In this document: positions 1 to 13,440 of the stretch, one piece after another
How positions within the stretch are numbered: the stretch's first letter is position 1
How the letters are laid out: the number at the start of each line of letters is the position of its first letter
Assembly (NCBI GenBank): GCA_040285855.1
Contig: JAUFOQ010000016.1
Location: 124,001-188,000 of the forward strand
Reading direction: 5' to 3'
From: Eukaryota sp. GEM-RC1
Taxonomy: Eukaryota
DNA length: 64,000 nt
Notes under the pieces: model-generated
What the model was told of the DNA's origin: nothing
What the model saw: the letters and a program-made list of their open reading frames with translations, nothing else
Databases searched by the model: none
Translations under genes and position numbers: made by a program

Positions 1-1605
1 GTGTTCAAATCAATGTTCAGGATGTCTCTGTTCTACAATCTCTTTTGTCTCGGTGTTCTATCAAAAACTTTACCATTAAAGGATGTAGGTTCACTGACCA
101 GGCATTTGCAGATCTTTGTGATCTCATTGGGCTAAGTGATTCGTTGACTTTTGTTGACTTTAGTGACTGTCAACTTTCTGATAACAGTGTGTTAGCTATA
201 CTTCGTGCAATTCATTCCAATACTTATTTAAAACAGATTAATCTCAATAATAGTGGATGTACACTCCTCAGTCTGTTTTCTGTTTTTGAGTTGTTTTCAG
301 TTAACACATTACTTCCAAATATTGAAATATCTCCTCATTCAATTGACCTATCACGTGGCTGTATTCATTATGACAAAATGATTGAACATGTGGATTTAGT
401 TTCACTACTCAAAGCTTTAAAATCCAATATCCCCATTAAAAGTTTAAAATTCTCTGGTTTAATTCCTCTGGATCTTAAAGGACTTTCTACTATATTTGAA
501 ATCCTCACCATTAATAACTCAGTTTTAGATCTGGACATTACTCCACACGTAGCTAATGTTGAAAAGGGAATTCTTATCTTTTCTTCACACCGGTACTTTC
601 ATGAAACTAGTAATGATGAACTTTCAACTCTAAAGTCAATCGTAAGTCGTTTTAAAGTTAAGGAGCTAGGCGTTACAGACTGTCGGTTCACCAAAAGTGG
701 AATTAATATTCTATGTGATATCATTAGAACGACTTCATTGACTTCTGTTGATCTTAGCAGCTGTGCATTATCTGACTTCGATTTCTCTTTGCTTATTCGA
801 GCAATTCAGAGCAATTCTTCTTTGAAAAGAGTCGATCTCAGTAATAATGCTCTTGGAATCCAAAAGTCTTTTGAAAGTTTTTGAACTCATTTCAAACGAC
901 AAATTAGTTTCCGAGATTAATGTCTATATCCATACGGTTGATGTTTCTACTGGTTTGATTTCTTATCAAACTTCTGTCAAAAATGATGACATTATTGCAC
1001 TTTTACAAGCTTTAAGATCTAATATCCCCATCAAACGTCTTTATCATTTTGGATCTCAACATTTGACCTTTATAGGAGTTGTAGCTCTCTATGAAGTTCT
1101 TTCCATTAATCCGACAATAACAACTGATGAAGAAAACAGTCTCTACTATCATTGTGTTGACGTGATCAATGGAATATTTTCTTATACAGCAGGTAAACCC
1201 TTAAAAGTTAAGGCAAAAGAAGTTGAATCTCTCCATGCTTTGTTAAGAGGTTACAGTATCAGAGAGCTTACGCTTAAACGCTTTCGATTCTCCGTTGAAG
1301 CCATCAATGTTTTGTGTGATTTCTTTAGGGTCAATAACTCGTTGACTTTGGTTGACTTGAGTCAGTGCTTGTTATCTGATTCTGATGTTTTGAAATTAAT
1401 TCGTGCACTTGAACAAAACACTCGGTCAATACTTTCTTCTATTAATCTACAATCTAATCGTATTACTTCAGATGGAGCTAGATCTTTTACTAATGAGATG
1501 ATTAGGAATTCCATGAGTTTTGAGGTGGATTTCCGTTCCAACTCTATTGACTCAAAAACAAAACAATTCCTCAAAACGTTGCCAAATTGTAGGGTGTTGT
1601 GTTGA
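1..1605 (+). CDS. LRR protein (RNI-like repeats), 5'-partial, split by a frameshift near 850-880
   Basis: Repeated LTxVDLSxCxLSD and LKxIxLxNN motifs across ORFs 45-884 and 847-1605, with an internally duplicated module (ALKSNIPIK twice). Confidence 0.75.
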
Positions 1606-1762
1606 TTTTTCACTGACAGAAACAATACAATATCACTCAATCAACTGTACTTTATTTTGTATAAATGTTGTAACTTTACTCATATATCCTAGACATAGTC
1701 TTCAACGATCTTTTACATACCACTACTATGAATGTCTTGACTCCAAAGCTGGTGTAGTTTCC

Positions 1763-4700
1763 CTATTGATCTTCTGATTGTGCAGGTAGTGGAGCGCTGA
1801 CGTCATCACTACAATAATATTCTACTACAACATTACAGTCTTCAACAGTACGAAAAGAGTCTTCATTCATGTTAGACTCGGTCACAAAGTTAGAGTCGTC
1901 AACAGCATTTGGAAGAACACATAGATCTACCATGGAACATTCTGTAGGAAGTTCTGCTTGAACAGTCTTTTTTGGTTTGGAGACAGTGAAGTAGATAGCT
2001 ACAATGACTACCGCAATTATAACAATAGTCCCAGCAGCAACAATCAACATCCAATCAGATTCCTCCTCGTATATGTCCACGTCGATATCTACTTCCCTCT
2101 CAACAAATACTCCAACAATTGACGTTTCATGGCTAACTGTAGTTTTTGAACTGAAGACAATTGTTTGTTCACCACGTTTGATAGTATTCTTAAACTTAAT
2201 CTCAATTGTACGAGGATTCAACAGAATTACAGCTTCTACTTGCGTATCTGAATCGGTTGGGATCAAATTCTTTTCCAAAACTCAGGATCTTCTAGTTGCG
2301 GATCAAAGACATTCAGTGTAGGAATTGTACATAGAGCTTTTGTATCTTTTGTAGCTTTGCATTTGATTGAAGTTTCGTTAAAGGGAGTGAACTTGAGTTT
2401 AGATGAATACTCTGGACCATGAGAGGTGAGTGAAAGTACTTGGCGATCATGTTCTTCAACATAAACAACACTGTAGAGACCAGTGTAAAGTGATGTTTCT
2501 ATATTGCAGTATTCACAAGGAGTTTCCAAAGTAATGTAGCCGTTGGTTACTGGTGACGTGTCATCATTCAAGAGCAAGCCAATGTCCTCTGTGGAGACCA
2601 AAGACTTTCCCATGGCAGAAACAGCTGGTTCTTCGATGAAGGAAAACATACACGTAGACTTAAATGTCGTTCCACTGTTGTGCTTGGTTTGAAACATGCA
2701 TTCATCTGCATAAAAGGATCCTGACGAACTTGTCAATGTAAACAAGTCATTTGAATGTCTAACGGTAATAGAATTGGAATCGTACAACTCATATTCAACA
2801 AGACATCTGGGACAAGTTCCATTAGTTGTGTAGTTTGTCATGTAGACCGAATCAACAATGTATGGATGGCCTGACTGAAGCAAAACTTCGTGAGTGGGAG
2901 AAGGAACAGTTCTGGAACATGAAGCAGAATAACATTCATAAACAATGAGAACTTGGAAGTTGTTAGAGGTTGGATTCTCAATGACCAAATTGCTGGAGGA
3001 AAACTCTGCAGAAAACAACATATCAGAATACCAAAGATCACCATGAAGTCGAGTGACTGCTGCTTCCATACCAGAAATGGAGGGTATGTTTGTGGTGGCA
3101 AGACGAGGTATAGTAACAACAACAGCAACTCTTTTTGCAGAGAATGTTTCACCCACTTTAGCAAGGACATACTTGGTAACGCAAACATCTTGTTCTTCAA
3201 TTGAAACAATGACTGATGGCTTCTTGACAATTACGGCGGTTTTACTTACTTTGTCCTCATCAATAACATCGTACCAGCGTCCAGTTACATGGAAAAAGCT
3301 CCTGTCACTGAAATTTCTAAAGTGATAAAAACCATTCTCAACAACTGATCCACATCCAAAATCGTACAAATCATCTGAAAGTACGAACGTCGTTGTGTAA
3401 GTTCCAGTATAACCACTAGGATTAGCCAAGCGGATGAATACCGGGGGTAATCTACTGATGCGGTAATTGTACATCTAGAATCTTCCCCTGAGCCTGTCAA
3501 AGACCACGTTCCAAAATTAAACTCATTGATTGTAAGAGAAACAGTGGTGACTGTTCGTGTCCAACGATTTTCATAAATTCTAATTCTACGTGAACTAGAA
3601 CGCGAAGTAACAAAAGTGCGAATTGTTCCAGAAAACTCATCAGTGATATCGTATGTGGTACTTGTTCCTGATACAGAAAGTGCCATGCCACTACCTAACG
3701 AAGAATGTATTCTTGAACAACTCCATTGGATTGTTCTACTTCTTTGTGACGGAAGAAGTAGGTTTCTATCCCTACTTTCAGGGAGCATTACACGTGTGTT
3801 AGTGGCACCAGCTGACAAGGCAGTGAAGGTTCGCATCATAGGAACAGTGGATCCCGAAGCCAAGAACTTCTTGAATGTCCAATCATCTCCAGGAGTATCA
3901 GAAATTTCATAGAAATGATGAGCAGCACCAGCCACAGTTGACCTTACATAGATATTTGGTTTAATGTCTTTTGTTTCCAGTGACAAATATGCTGTACTTC
4001 CGTGGTCCAGAATTCAACACAATTGTTTCTACTCTCTGAGCACGAATACTTATGGTTGTAACTCTTGAATCCCACCAAAACCTTCGTCGCCTGTAAACCT
4101 CCATTGAAACAAGTTGGTTGTGAGGAAGGAATAGGTAATCATTAATAGTACATTTCCTGTGACTAACGACAGAACACAATTCTGTGGAAACTCTGTTGTA
4201 GTAGATGTAGAAGCTGGCCAGATCACCGTCCCCTTCTATTTGCATTCGACCAATGTAAGAACGGGGAGCTACATCAGGTAAAGCATTGGTTACAGCTAGC
4301 ATGGGAACAACATCAGAACATCCATCCATGATGTTGTATCGAACCAGCTCAAAATGATACATCCTGTCTGTGTTGAAATCAAAGGTCTTGATCTTCAAGT
4401 TCAAGACAATGTCACTCATACCAATTGACAAATCTAAACCAAGGTCTACCAGCAAATGAAGTTGATCGATACAAGTTCCAGTGGTAACAGTGCCATTGAT
4501 GAAGGGAGATATGGTACCATTAAAAGTGACAGCTCCTGCGATTGTAACACTCAAAGTAGCATTAATTCCAAATATAACTGTAAGTGAAGCATCAAGGTCT
4601 CTTTCGAAGTTGGATTCTAAGTCACCAAATGAGTAGTGATTGAAAAAGCCATTATAATTATTCCATCCTGCTTTGAGTTCGGCATTGGGGGTTGTAAGAC

Positions 4701-5403
4701 GGTAGCTTGCAGAGAGTGGAACGCTTGAATAGATACTGGCAAACACACCGATTTTCAGATTGATTCTGATTTGAATCGGAATTCCTAAAATGGTAATAGT
4801 AAAGGTGACAATATTATAATCCATCAATTGTCGTTCCCAATAACCATACGCACTTTCGTCAGACTCTAAACCAATGTAAGAGTCGAGTTCTTGTACGAAC
4901 CTTGCTTCAACCTTTTTGATTCCTTCATACATGTTGAAGTCAAAGTCAACAAAGAGAGCAGACGATGATTTGAAGTAGGGTTTTTCAACTAGTACTGGTC
5001 CAATATTAAAGTCTTGCTTGTCAAAGTAGTTCCAGTCATAGTTGAAACGCCATCTGGGATCATTGTTTTCGTATTTTAGGGAGAGACGAGAAAAGGCTTC
5101 GAGTGGGTTTACAGGAACCAGTTTACACTCAGTATGACACGACCGACGAAATACGTCAGTCCCTTTGACATAGAAAGCAGCAGAATCATCAGTAAAGAGA
5201 GAAGGATCGTCTAAGGAAAGGATCGGACCGGTTGTTTTAGCAGTGATTGCAAGACTCAGGAAATCGGATTTTGCTTGTACTTTCAGCAGGCCAAAGGCGT
5301 CAGCCGTGGAAAGATCTACTGCGAGCTCTTCGATTCCTGGAAGAGGAACGTATTCCCCCATGACAAGTGCTGCTGACACAAAAAGTAAGAGGAATCGCAA
5401 CAT
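1763..5403 (-). CDS. Large type I membrane/surface protein, ~1,200 aa when four overlapping ORFs are stitched
   Basis: Signal peptide MLRFLLLFVSAALVMG at 5403, S/T/Cys-rich ectodomain, a single TM segment (WMLIVAAGTIVIIAVVIVAIYF) and an acidic tail. The four ORFs overlap end to end. Confidence 0.65.
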
Positions 5404-5615
5404 CGGCACAAATGGTTGTTTTGGTGAGAAGGCAGATTTTGAATTTGAGTGTGAGAATTTCCAACGTTCATCCGTTCTTATCTACCAATGTCAATTTGTT
5501 GAGCCCTTGATTTGTCCTAACAATATAGTTCTCTTTCAAGAAATCTTATGAAATCTACTAAGCTTCGAATTGCAGGTATCACAATAGTCAATGATAGTAT
5601 AATACTCATAGTGCT

Positions 5616-7112
5616 ATGATAACTGAGTCCTACACGCTAAAGCCTCCTTTTCATCGCATCATTCTCGTATACTTCGGTTATGCTGTCTTGATGCTGATAG
5701 GTCACATCCGTACATTTCTCTCTTTCATTTTCTATCGGAAAAAACTTCTTCAATCTGACAATGGTTATCCAACACTTCTCCGTGACTTCGAGCACTTTTA
5801 CCGTCGGCATCTCTACACTAGAACCTCAGACTGCTTCAATCGTCCAATAACCTCTGCTCCTGGCCCTCACATCACTATCCTTGATCGTGAAACCACTGAC
5901 GGAATTAACTTCTCATTTACTGGAACCAAAACCACCGCTATAAACCTCTCGTCTTACAACTATCTTGGCTTTGCTGGCGATAACTCTCCCTACTGTTCTA
6001 CCAAAGCTATTAATGATCTCTTTCGATACGGTACCACCACAGGCCTCCTTGGTATTGGTACTGCCATCCCATCAATTAACAAAGAGTTAGAAGGAAGAGT
6101 TGCCCAGTTTGTTGGGCATGAAGCTGCAATGATAATTGCTCAAGGATTTGCTACCAATGAAGCCATCATTCCTTCTTTCGTCAACTCTTCCACTCTTCTT
6201 CTAAGTGACAACCTTAACCATTCTTCTATTGTTGCAGGTTGTAAGAGATCTAAAGGAATTGTCCGCAAGTTCAAACATAATGACATCAATGACTTGAAGT
6301 TTCATTTGGAAGAAGCTCTAATTCATGGTAACAATGGTCAGCCATGGTCGAAGATCATTGTCTTAGTTGAAGGCATCTATTCAATGGAGGGTGAACTTGT
6401 ACCATTAAAGGAGATTGTCGAGTTGAAGAAGACCTTACCCTTCTATTTGTATGTTGATGAAGCTCATTCTATTGGGGCTATAGGTAGAACTGGCAAGGGT
6501 GTGTGTGAGTATTGGGGAGTTGATCCTAAAGAAGTTGATATCTTAATGGGAACGTTTACCAAGAGTTTTGGTTCTGTAGGTGGCTACGTGTCAGGCTCAA
6601 AATCATTGATTGATTACTTGAAGAGGTCTTCTGAAGCTTCTATGTGTACTTCTCATATGTCTGCACCGTCAGTTCGTCAAGTTCTCTGTGTTCTAGACAT
6701 TTTGGAAGGAAAAGTCATAGAAGAACCACCAGAAGAACGCTTGTTCAAATTGAGAGAAAACACTCGGTTTTTCAGAAGAAAACTTCGATCAATTGGCCTT
6801 GAAGCTCTTGGTGATTTAGACTCACCAGTTATTCCTATACTTCTCTATCATTGTGCTAAGATTCCTGCCTTTTCAAGAGAATGTTTGAAAAGAGGATTAG
6901 CAGTGGTTGTGGTTGGATTCCCAGCAACCGAGATCCTGCTGTCGCGAGTTCGATTCTGTGTGTCTGCGGCTCATTCAAAGGAAGATTTAGAGTTAGCATT
7001 GGAAGTAATTAATGAAGTGGCTGATATTACTAATACCCGTTACTTGAAGAAAAAGTATGTGAATCATGCTAAATTTCTACTTGAATCTGAACGAAGCGGA
7101 AGTTTCAATTGA
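5616..7112 (+). CDS. LCB2/SPTLC2: Serine palmitoyltransferase catalytic subunit 2
   Basis: DCFNRPITSAPG, NLSSYNYLGF, EGIYSMEG, DEAHSIGA, PLP-lysine motif GTFTKSFG, RVRFCVSAAH. Confidence 0.95.
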   Translation: MITESYTLKPPFHRIILVYFGYAVLMLIGHIRTFLSFIFYRKKLLQSDNGYPTLLRDFEHFYRRHLYTRTSDCFNRPITSAPGPHITILDRETTDGINFSFTGTKTTAINLSSYNYLGFAGDNSPYCSTKAINDLFRYGTTTGLLGIGTAIPSINKELEGRVAQFVGHEAAMIIAQGFATNEAIIPSFVNSSTLLLSDNLNHSSIVAGCKRSKGIVRKFKHNDINDLKFHLEEALIHGNNGQPWSKIIVLVEGIYSMEGELVPLKEIVELKKTLPFYLYVDEAHSIGAIGRTGKGVCEYWGVDPKEVDILMGTFTKSFGSVGGYVSGSKSLIDYLKRSSEASMCTSHMSAPSVRQVLCVLDILEGKVIEEPPEERLFKLRENTRFFRRKLRSIGLEALGDLDSPVIPILLYHCAKIPAFSRECLKRGLAVVVVGFPATEILLSRVRFCVSAAHSKEDLELALEVINEVADITNTRYLKKKYVNHAKFLLESERSGSFN

Positions 7113-7580
7113 TAAATTGTGTGATTTGTTTTGTTTCATGATTTATATATGGGCTATTTTTGAGAAACGAGATTTTCATCATCATTAGCAATGTGGTCAT
7201 ATGATGTTGGTCGCTATAACTATGTTTCAGGCCCATTTTGATTTTGTATTATAGATAAGTAATGACGTGATCACGACTCCAGTCTTAAATAACTAATTAC
7301 AGTAGAACTAAATAAATTGAATCCTCAATTCGGTTTGAAAGTGGGTTTAATAAAAACTCGGTCTTCGTCTGTTTACAGAAACTGTTTCTTACAATGGACA
7401 CTTTTCCTAGAGTAAAGTTCCCAAGGAAACCACCCTACACTTCTGGACTAATGATGTCATGTCTCTGTCTGAAGACATGTTGTACCGTCTGCAAAAGGGT
7501 TAGGATGTGATGGAACCAATACTTTTTCATCCGATTTCAGCAAACTATGTGGTGGAGTACCTATTACTGCCTTTAAATCA

Positions 7581-9531
7581 GTGAAAAATTTAAATAATCT
7601 TCTAGTTCCAATGACCGATACACCCTTCCTACTGACAGATGTACCACATCAACCAGTTTCCCAATTGAAGAACAAGTTTTCTAAGTTGAAGGACATTGCA
7701 AAACCCTTCATACCCAAACCCGATAAGAACACTTGTAAACCTCCAATAGTTCTACAAGAGTCTATATTAGTCCCAATCATTATACACATGCTGAACTCCA
7801 TGGATCTGTCTTTTAGCACTGCCTGGAAAACCTATCGTTTCCTTGCTTTGAACACCCAATTGTCCAAATTGTTTCCAAAAACTTGGTTTCGTCAGTCAAC
7901 GGTTCTTCCATTCTACTCGCCTTGCGGCTAAGGTTTTTCTCGAGAGAAAGACCGCTTCAGTTAATGATAATCACATTCATCAACTATTCTCCTTTGCCTC
8001 ATTCTTTCATGCTGAACTGCAATCTATCTTTTTTTGTGTTAGTTCATCTGAGTTTGAAATTCCTGCCAAGTGTTTTCCCATCATTACAGGGCTAGGATTC
8101 ACAACTGCATGTACTGATGGATTGGTTTCTCTACAGTCTTCGTCTTTCCTATGTTTACCCTGTCTTAGGGTTCTTGTGTGTAACAATGTTGGTGTTCATG
8201 ATGAAGGTGCCATTGCTTTAGCCGAAGCATTAAAAACAAACTCAGCAATTACTCATATTGAATTACATAGCAACTCCATTGGCGACGAAGGTGCCATTGC
8301 TTTAGCTGAAGTTTTAAAAGTGAACCCTCAAATTGGTAAAATCATTTTAAGTCAAAATTCTATTGAAGATGATGGTGCTATAGCTTCAGCAAAGTCGTTT
8401 AAAGTGAATTCCTGTATTAATGAGATTCGCCTTGAAAACAATTCCATTTCTGATCTAGGTGCTATAGCCTTGGCAGAGTCAATCAAAAACAATTCTTTAA
8501 TTACTAAGATTTTTCTATATGACAACTCTATTGAAGATGAAGGTGCTATAGCTTTGGCAGAAGCAATTAAAATGAATCCTTCAATCACTGAGGTTCGTTT
8601 GGATAACAACTCCATTGGTGACGAAGGTGCTGTTGCTTTAGCGCAGGCATTTAAAATGAGTTCTTTAATTACTAAGATTGTTCTATTTGGCAACTCTATT
8701 GAAGATGAAGGTGCTATTGCTTTGGCAGAAGCAATCAAAATCAATCATTCAATCACTGAGGTTCGTTTGGATAACAACTCCATTGGTGACGAAGGTGCTG
8801 TCGCTTTAGCAGAAGCGTTTGCAATCAATTCTTTAATTACTAAGATTATTCTATGTGGTAACTCTATTGAAGATGAAGGTGCTATTGCTTTAGCAGAAGC
8901 AATTATAATCAATCATTCGATCACTGAGGTTCGTTTGGATAACAACTCCATTGGTGACGAGGGTGCTGTCGCTTTAGCAGAAGCGTTTGCAAACAGATCT
9001 GTAATTACTAAGATTATTCTATGTGGTAACTCTATTGAAGATGAAGGTGCTATAGCTATAGCAGATGCGTTGACAGTTAATTTGTTAATCAATGAAATTC
9101 GCCTAGATAACAACTCTATTGAAGATGAAGGTGCTATAGCTATAGCAGAGGCGTTGAAAGTCAATTCGTTAGTCACTAATATTCGTCTAGATAACAACTA
9201 TATCAGTGATGAAGGTGCTATAGCTTTATCAGAGGCGTTGAAAGTCAATTCGACAATTACTAAGATCCACTTGCAGAACAACTCTATTGGCGACGAAGGG
9301 GCTCAAGCTTTAGCTGAAGCGTTTAAAATCAATTCATCCATATCGGTGGTGGACCTGACCAACAATATTATTGGTATTGAAGGTATAGTTGTTTTGGCCC
9401 AATCGTTGAGGTACCATCCATCGATCACAGACATTAACCTTTGTGGCACTAGTTTTCAATACGGATTAAAAACTATACAACTCATTAAACAAATATCAGA
9501 TGACCGAGTTGATTTAGGCCGATTGTTATAG
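7581..9531 (+). CDS. LRR protein (28-aa NSIGDEGAIALAEA repeats) with a disrupted N-terminal domain
   Basis: About 15 RNI/NLRC3-type repeats in 8122-9531. Upstream fragment IVLQESILVPIIIHML is shared with the paralogs at 28.9 kb and 55 kb. The 5' part is frameshifted. Confidence 0.8.
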
Positions 9532-9623
9532 ATAAAATACGTTCTTCGATCTTTTCCCCAACTAACGACACCTTAATCGATTTAGTTTTTCAATTCTGTT
9601 GATTAATTTGATTGAGTGTGTAA

Positions 9624-10331
9624 CAGCAACGACAAAAAATATATATTTATTGTATTGTTTATTGTTTGATCGAACAATAAATATATTGTCCAATCAAATA
9701 TTGTATTGTATTGTAGGTATATTGTGAGAAAAAAAGAATAAATAGCAATACAATATTTCTGCTTTATTGAAAGCTATCGTCAATCTGAATAATTGCTTTT
9801 TACACGTACAACTTCACTTTCTGCTTCCCGAGTCCTAACACAGGACACTGTATGCTGATTTCTGGTAGTAGTATATGCAAAATTGATTTTGCGACATTAA
9901 ATTCGGACGATCAGTGAGAGTGTTTTATGCTCCATTGAAAAAGTTGCCAATGTCTTAACTGGATGAGGGTGTGAATAATAGATCATCTGTGCTGTCTGGT
10001 TCTAAAGAGTCTGAGCTCTGTTAATTTCCTTTAATTGTTGCTCAGAAGACATACCATCAGAATTTTGGGTAATATATACAAGGTGTTCGTTCATCAGAGG
10101 ATTCCTAAGGAACAATTGGGAGTGGCATGTCTTCCAATAATTTGTTTGTAATTTGAAGAACAGTGACGCTGTCAGATATGTGATTCTTGTTATAGTTGGA
10201 CAAAATGACAAATATTGTATTGTGTTATTGTACAATATATTGTTTATTGTGGACTCGAAAAATTAATATATTGTTGCAAAAACACAATACAATACAATAA
10301 CAATATCACAATATATTTTTTGTCGTTGCTG
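9624..10331. mobile_element. Non-autonomous hAT-type DNA transposon (MITE-like), 708 bp
   Basis: Perfect 21-bp TIRs CAGCAACGACAAAAAATATAT (9624-9644 and 10311-10331), 8-bp TSD GTGTGTAA (9616-9623 and 10332-10339), and subterminal ATTGT/ACAAT repeats at both ends. Confidence 0.9.
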
Positions 10332-11049
10332 GTGTGTAAATGACTAAAAGATTTTTTCTGATGTTTTTAAGTGTGATTGATGAATTAATACTTTACCTCA
10401 TTGCCAAGTATGTTTCAATTTGGTATTATCAAAACACGCAGCAACATCATCAAATCACATACATAACAGGAACTGGTCGCAGTAATGATGATACACTGAC
10501 CCAATTTGTAGTATTCAATTTGCTAGAACACAGCACTCTATAAATTGTAAGAAATAGAAATGAATGTAATAGATTTCAATATACTGGACTTTTGTATTAA
10601 CCAGAGACCGCTTCTGTGTTACACTTGTGTTTTCTTTCTCGGTTCTATTAAATATTTGAAATAAGTAAATACAGTGGATATGAATATCAAGGAAAAAGTC
10701 GTATCTAGAGAATCAATACAATAGTTCGTAGGGCAATTCACACATTTAGGCGTACTTTTGCTGCTGTTAGGGAACAATCGTTAGGTCTACAAAGGGAAAA
10801 AAATGTATATAAAGTTAATGTATGAGGACTGCATAACTATACTTACACCGTTGGCTAACACCTTTCATCTATTCATACACCATAAAAGGTGTAATCTAAC
10901 ATTGAACATCAAAATATATACTGAACAATACATCTAAAGAACAAAAGGGCAAAATGTACAAGGAATCCGATTCTAGAGAGAATGTAAGCAGGATAAAACT
11001 ATCAATCGGATCAAACTAAGACGTGAACGCCAGTAACAAAAGATTAGAA

Positions 11050-11274
11050 CTACTTTTGAGGCTGTTGGGGTTGGGGAGTTTGTAATGGGTTAACTTGACC
11101 AACAATAGGTGCTTGAGCAAGACTCATAGAGGAAGCCAAGTTGCTCTGAAGGTCATAAAGGGCATAATAGTTTCGGACGTTATTTTTGTGCTTCCAACCA
11201 GAATTATGATCAGCACGCACAGCTGGAGAATCAAAAGCTAAGAAAACATCGCAATAGTCACAATAGTATCGCAT
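11050..11274 (-). CDS. SNRPC: U1 snRNP protein C
   Basis: [33 protein letters not shown] matches the U1-C matrin-type zinc finger, followed by a P/Q-rich tail. Confidence 0.9.
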   Translation of the reverse strand: MRYYCDYCDVFLAFDSPAVRADHNSGWKHKNNVRNYYALYDLQSNLASSMSLAQAPIVGQVNPLQTPQPQQPQK

Positions 11275-11282
11275 TGGAAAAA

Positions 11283-12020
11283 ATGGTCTGTGCACAAATG
11301 TCTCTCCATCTGCACCTAGATTCTGACAATGTTACTCTTTGTCATTTAACAAAGCCCAAACTTACTAGTGCTACACTTTCTGGTTGTGTTTGCAATTTTC
11401 TGCAACCAATCTGTCTTGATTATGTCCCATGTCTCAAGCATCTAGTTATCAATAATTCCAATCTATCTGACATCTCCTTTATAGTCCATTTTCCCTATCT
11501 AGAGACACTAGACCTATCTAATAATGACATTTCTCTTATTGACTGGACCGTTTTCGCTAATCACAAATTCCTTAGAACTCTACAAGTTTCTCATAACAAG
11601 ATCAATGTGTTGTTGAACAAATGTGACTTATCTCTTTTATCAATAGATTTATCTCACAACTACCTCCAGTCAGTGGGCTCTCTGTCTTCCTTCTCCAGAC
11701 TGAAACACGTTGACCTTTCCTTCAACTATCTCTTCAGTTTTCCCTCGTTTCCTTCACATCTTCCACGTTTATTGACACTAAATCTATCGAATAATCCACT
11801 TTCTCATGCTTGTGATACTTCTTTAGCTGTGATCTCAAATTGCAAGTATCTCTTATCATTGGATCTAGCACATACACATCTCAAACATTCTCTCTCCAAT
11901 GCAATTCTATTTCTACCAACTCTTTTGGAATTCAATGGCAAATCTTTGAGTGAGAAAGAGAAACTTCATCTTTTGTCTTTTCTTAAATCAGAAGATCCCT
12001 ATTTCAGTCAGTTTGTGTAA
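11283..12020 (+). CDS. SDS22-like LRR protein
   Basis: [44 protein letters not shown] repeats and an LRRcap-like LPTLLEFNG. Confidence 0.75.
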   Translation: MVCAQMSLHLHLDSDNVTLCHLTKPKLTSATLSGCVCNFLQPICLDYVPCLKHLVINNSNLSDISFIVHFPYLETLDLSNNDISLIDWTVFANHKFLRTLQVSHNKINVLLNKCDLSLLSIDLSHNYLQSVGSLSSFSRLKHVDLSFNYLFSFPSFPSHLPRLLTLNLSNNPLSHACDTSLAVISNCKYLLSLDLAHTHLKHSLSNAILFLPTLLEFNGKSLSEKEKLHLLSFLKSEDPYFSQFV

Positions 12021-12416
12021 TTTCATAAGTGTAAGATATTAGATTGGTGATTGACATTAGAAGAAATAATATGAAGTAGAAAAGGTGAATGTAAAATAAA
12101 AGCCAAAACTTCTTCTTAATAGTATGATCTCTGTAAAGTTGTGTATAATCGAAATTCTTCAACTTCGATCTCTTCACTGTGATAGTGGATGTGATGGTAA
12201 GAGATAGGATAAACCAAAACCAACGTCGTTGGAACAGAAGTGCAATTGGAGTTAAGTAGTGACAAAGAGCATGTAACTGGTGTATTTTAACACCAATTTC
12301 CAACAGTGAGAGGGATTCATAATATCATGTTCATTGTCTGATAGAACCATGAGCACTTTGATGGAGAACAACAAGGAGAGAATAGAAACAGCGACTAGAA
12401 GTAAGAGAAGAAGCAT
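12004..12416 (-). CDS. Cornichon/Erv14-family cargo receptor (one frameshift near 12300)
   Basis: TM1 followed by LSDNEHDIMNPSHC (cf. L.DLE.D..NP..C), and FDYTQLYR before the final TM. Confidence 0.7.
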
Positions 12417-12762
12417 TTGTTCAGAAATTGTCAAATTGTTCGTTTTTGCTGAAGATCTTATTCAGGTTTTAATTGATTGATTTACCGCAAATCAAACCGC
12501 ACATTAGATTTCTTCCGTTTAGAATTGTCGTTTGAGCTTGGTTTAGGTCTGGGGAGAGTTTTGATATTTTCTCTATCGTATAAACATCCCAGTTACTATA
12601 TTTTTGCTTCTACTTGAAGTACTGTATGAATTCCCTATAGTCCAAAAATAGATACAATGTACATTGAACAGTTTAAATAGCGTTGACTTTACTCGAAGGA
12701 AACAAAAAGTTTGTTGTTTCCTAGACCAGTCACTTACTACTAAACAGTCTCTTTCAATGTAA

Positions 12763-13395
12763 ATGGTTCCATCATTTCTCCACCAGATTGCTACAGAGGC
12801 TAAATCCCAAAGAAAAGGAGTTTTGCTCCTCGTTTGTGGATCTCCTCTCAGATCTGACTCTAAAGCTCTCAATTCCTTATTAGAATACTCATATCTGTGG
12901 TACATGATAAGACCCGACTCATCTGAGCATACATCATTATCAACCTACTATTCGTGTACAATTCCTTCTCCATCAGCTTTGATCATTGATCCAAAAACTT
13001 CTGCCTTGCTACAGGTAATCGACCTTTCAGTAGATCACGATCTTATTTCTCCGCTGTCTTCATTTACTCACTTATTCCAACAAGGTCATCTTCAATCAAA
13101 AAGATCTTCTAGAAAACGACGAGTTACTTCTGATGCAAAGTCTCCTGTTATTAAAAAACCAAATCCTTCTCTTTCAAGCTCTCCCACTACTCTTTCCATA
13201 CTTATTCGTCATAACAATGGTTCATCAGTAGTGCTTGAGATGGATGAAGAAGCTACCATTTGCGATCTTCTTGAATCTCTTCACCTAGAACCAGGACAGC
13301 AACTTACCTTCTCCTTCAACAACAAACCTCTTCATCCAGATCTCAGACTTTTAGACCTTAACATGGGCCAACGGTTCGCATTGTTTGTAACTTAA
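12763..13395 (+). CDS. UAS + UBX/ubiquitin-like domain protein (UBXN7-like)
   Basis: AKSQRKGVLL...IIDPKTS resembles the UAS domain. C-terminal ILIRHNNGS...ATICDLL has a UBX/ubiquitin-fold pattern. Confidence 0.5.
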   Translation: MVPSFLHQIATEAKSQRKGVLLLVCGSPLRSDSKALNSLLEYSYLWYMIRPDSSEHTSLSTYYSCTIPSPSALIIDPKTSALLQVIDLSVDHDLISPLSSFTHLFQQGHLQSKRSSRKRRVTSDAKSPVIKKPNPSLSSSPTTLSILIRHNNGSSVVLEMDEEATICDLLESLHLEPGQQLTFSFNNKPLHPDLRLLDLNMGQRFALFVT

Positions 13396-13440
13396 CACAA
13401 ACACTTGCAATCGGATATCTCTCTTTCTATCTCTTCTTCA

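Noticed and set aside
8352..9197. Antisense ORFs over LRR arrays (also 29545-30204)
   Set aside because: These are shadow frames produced by repetitive codon usage on the coding strand.
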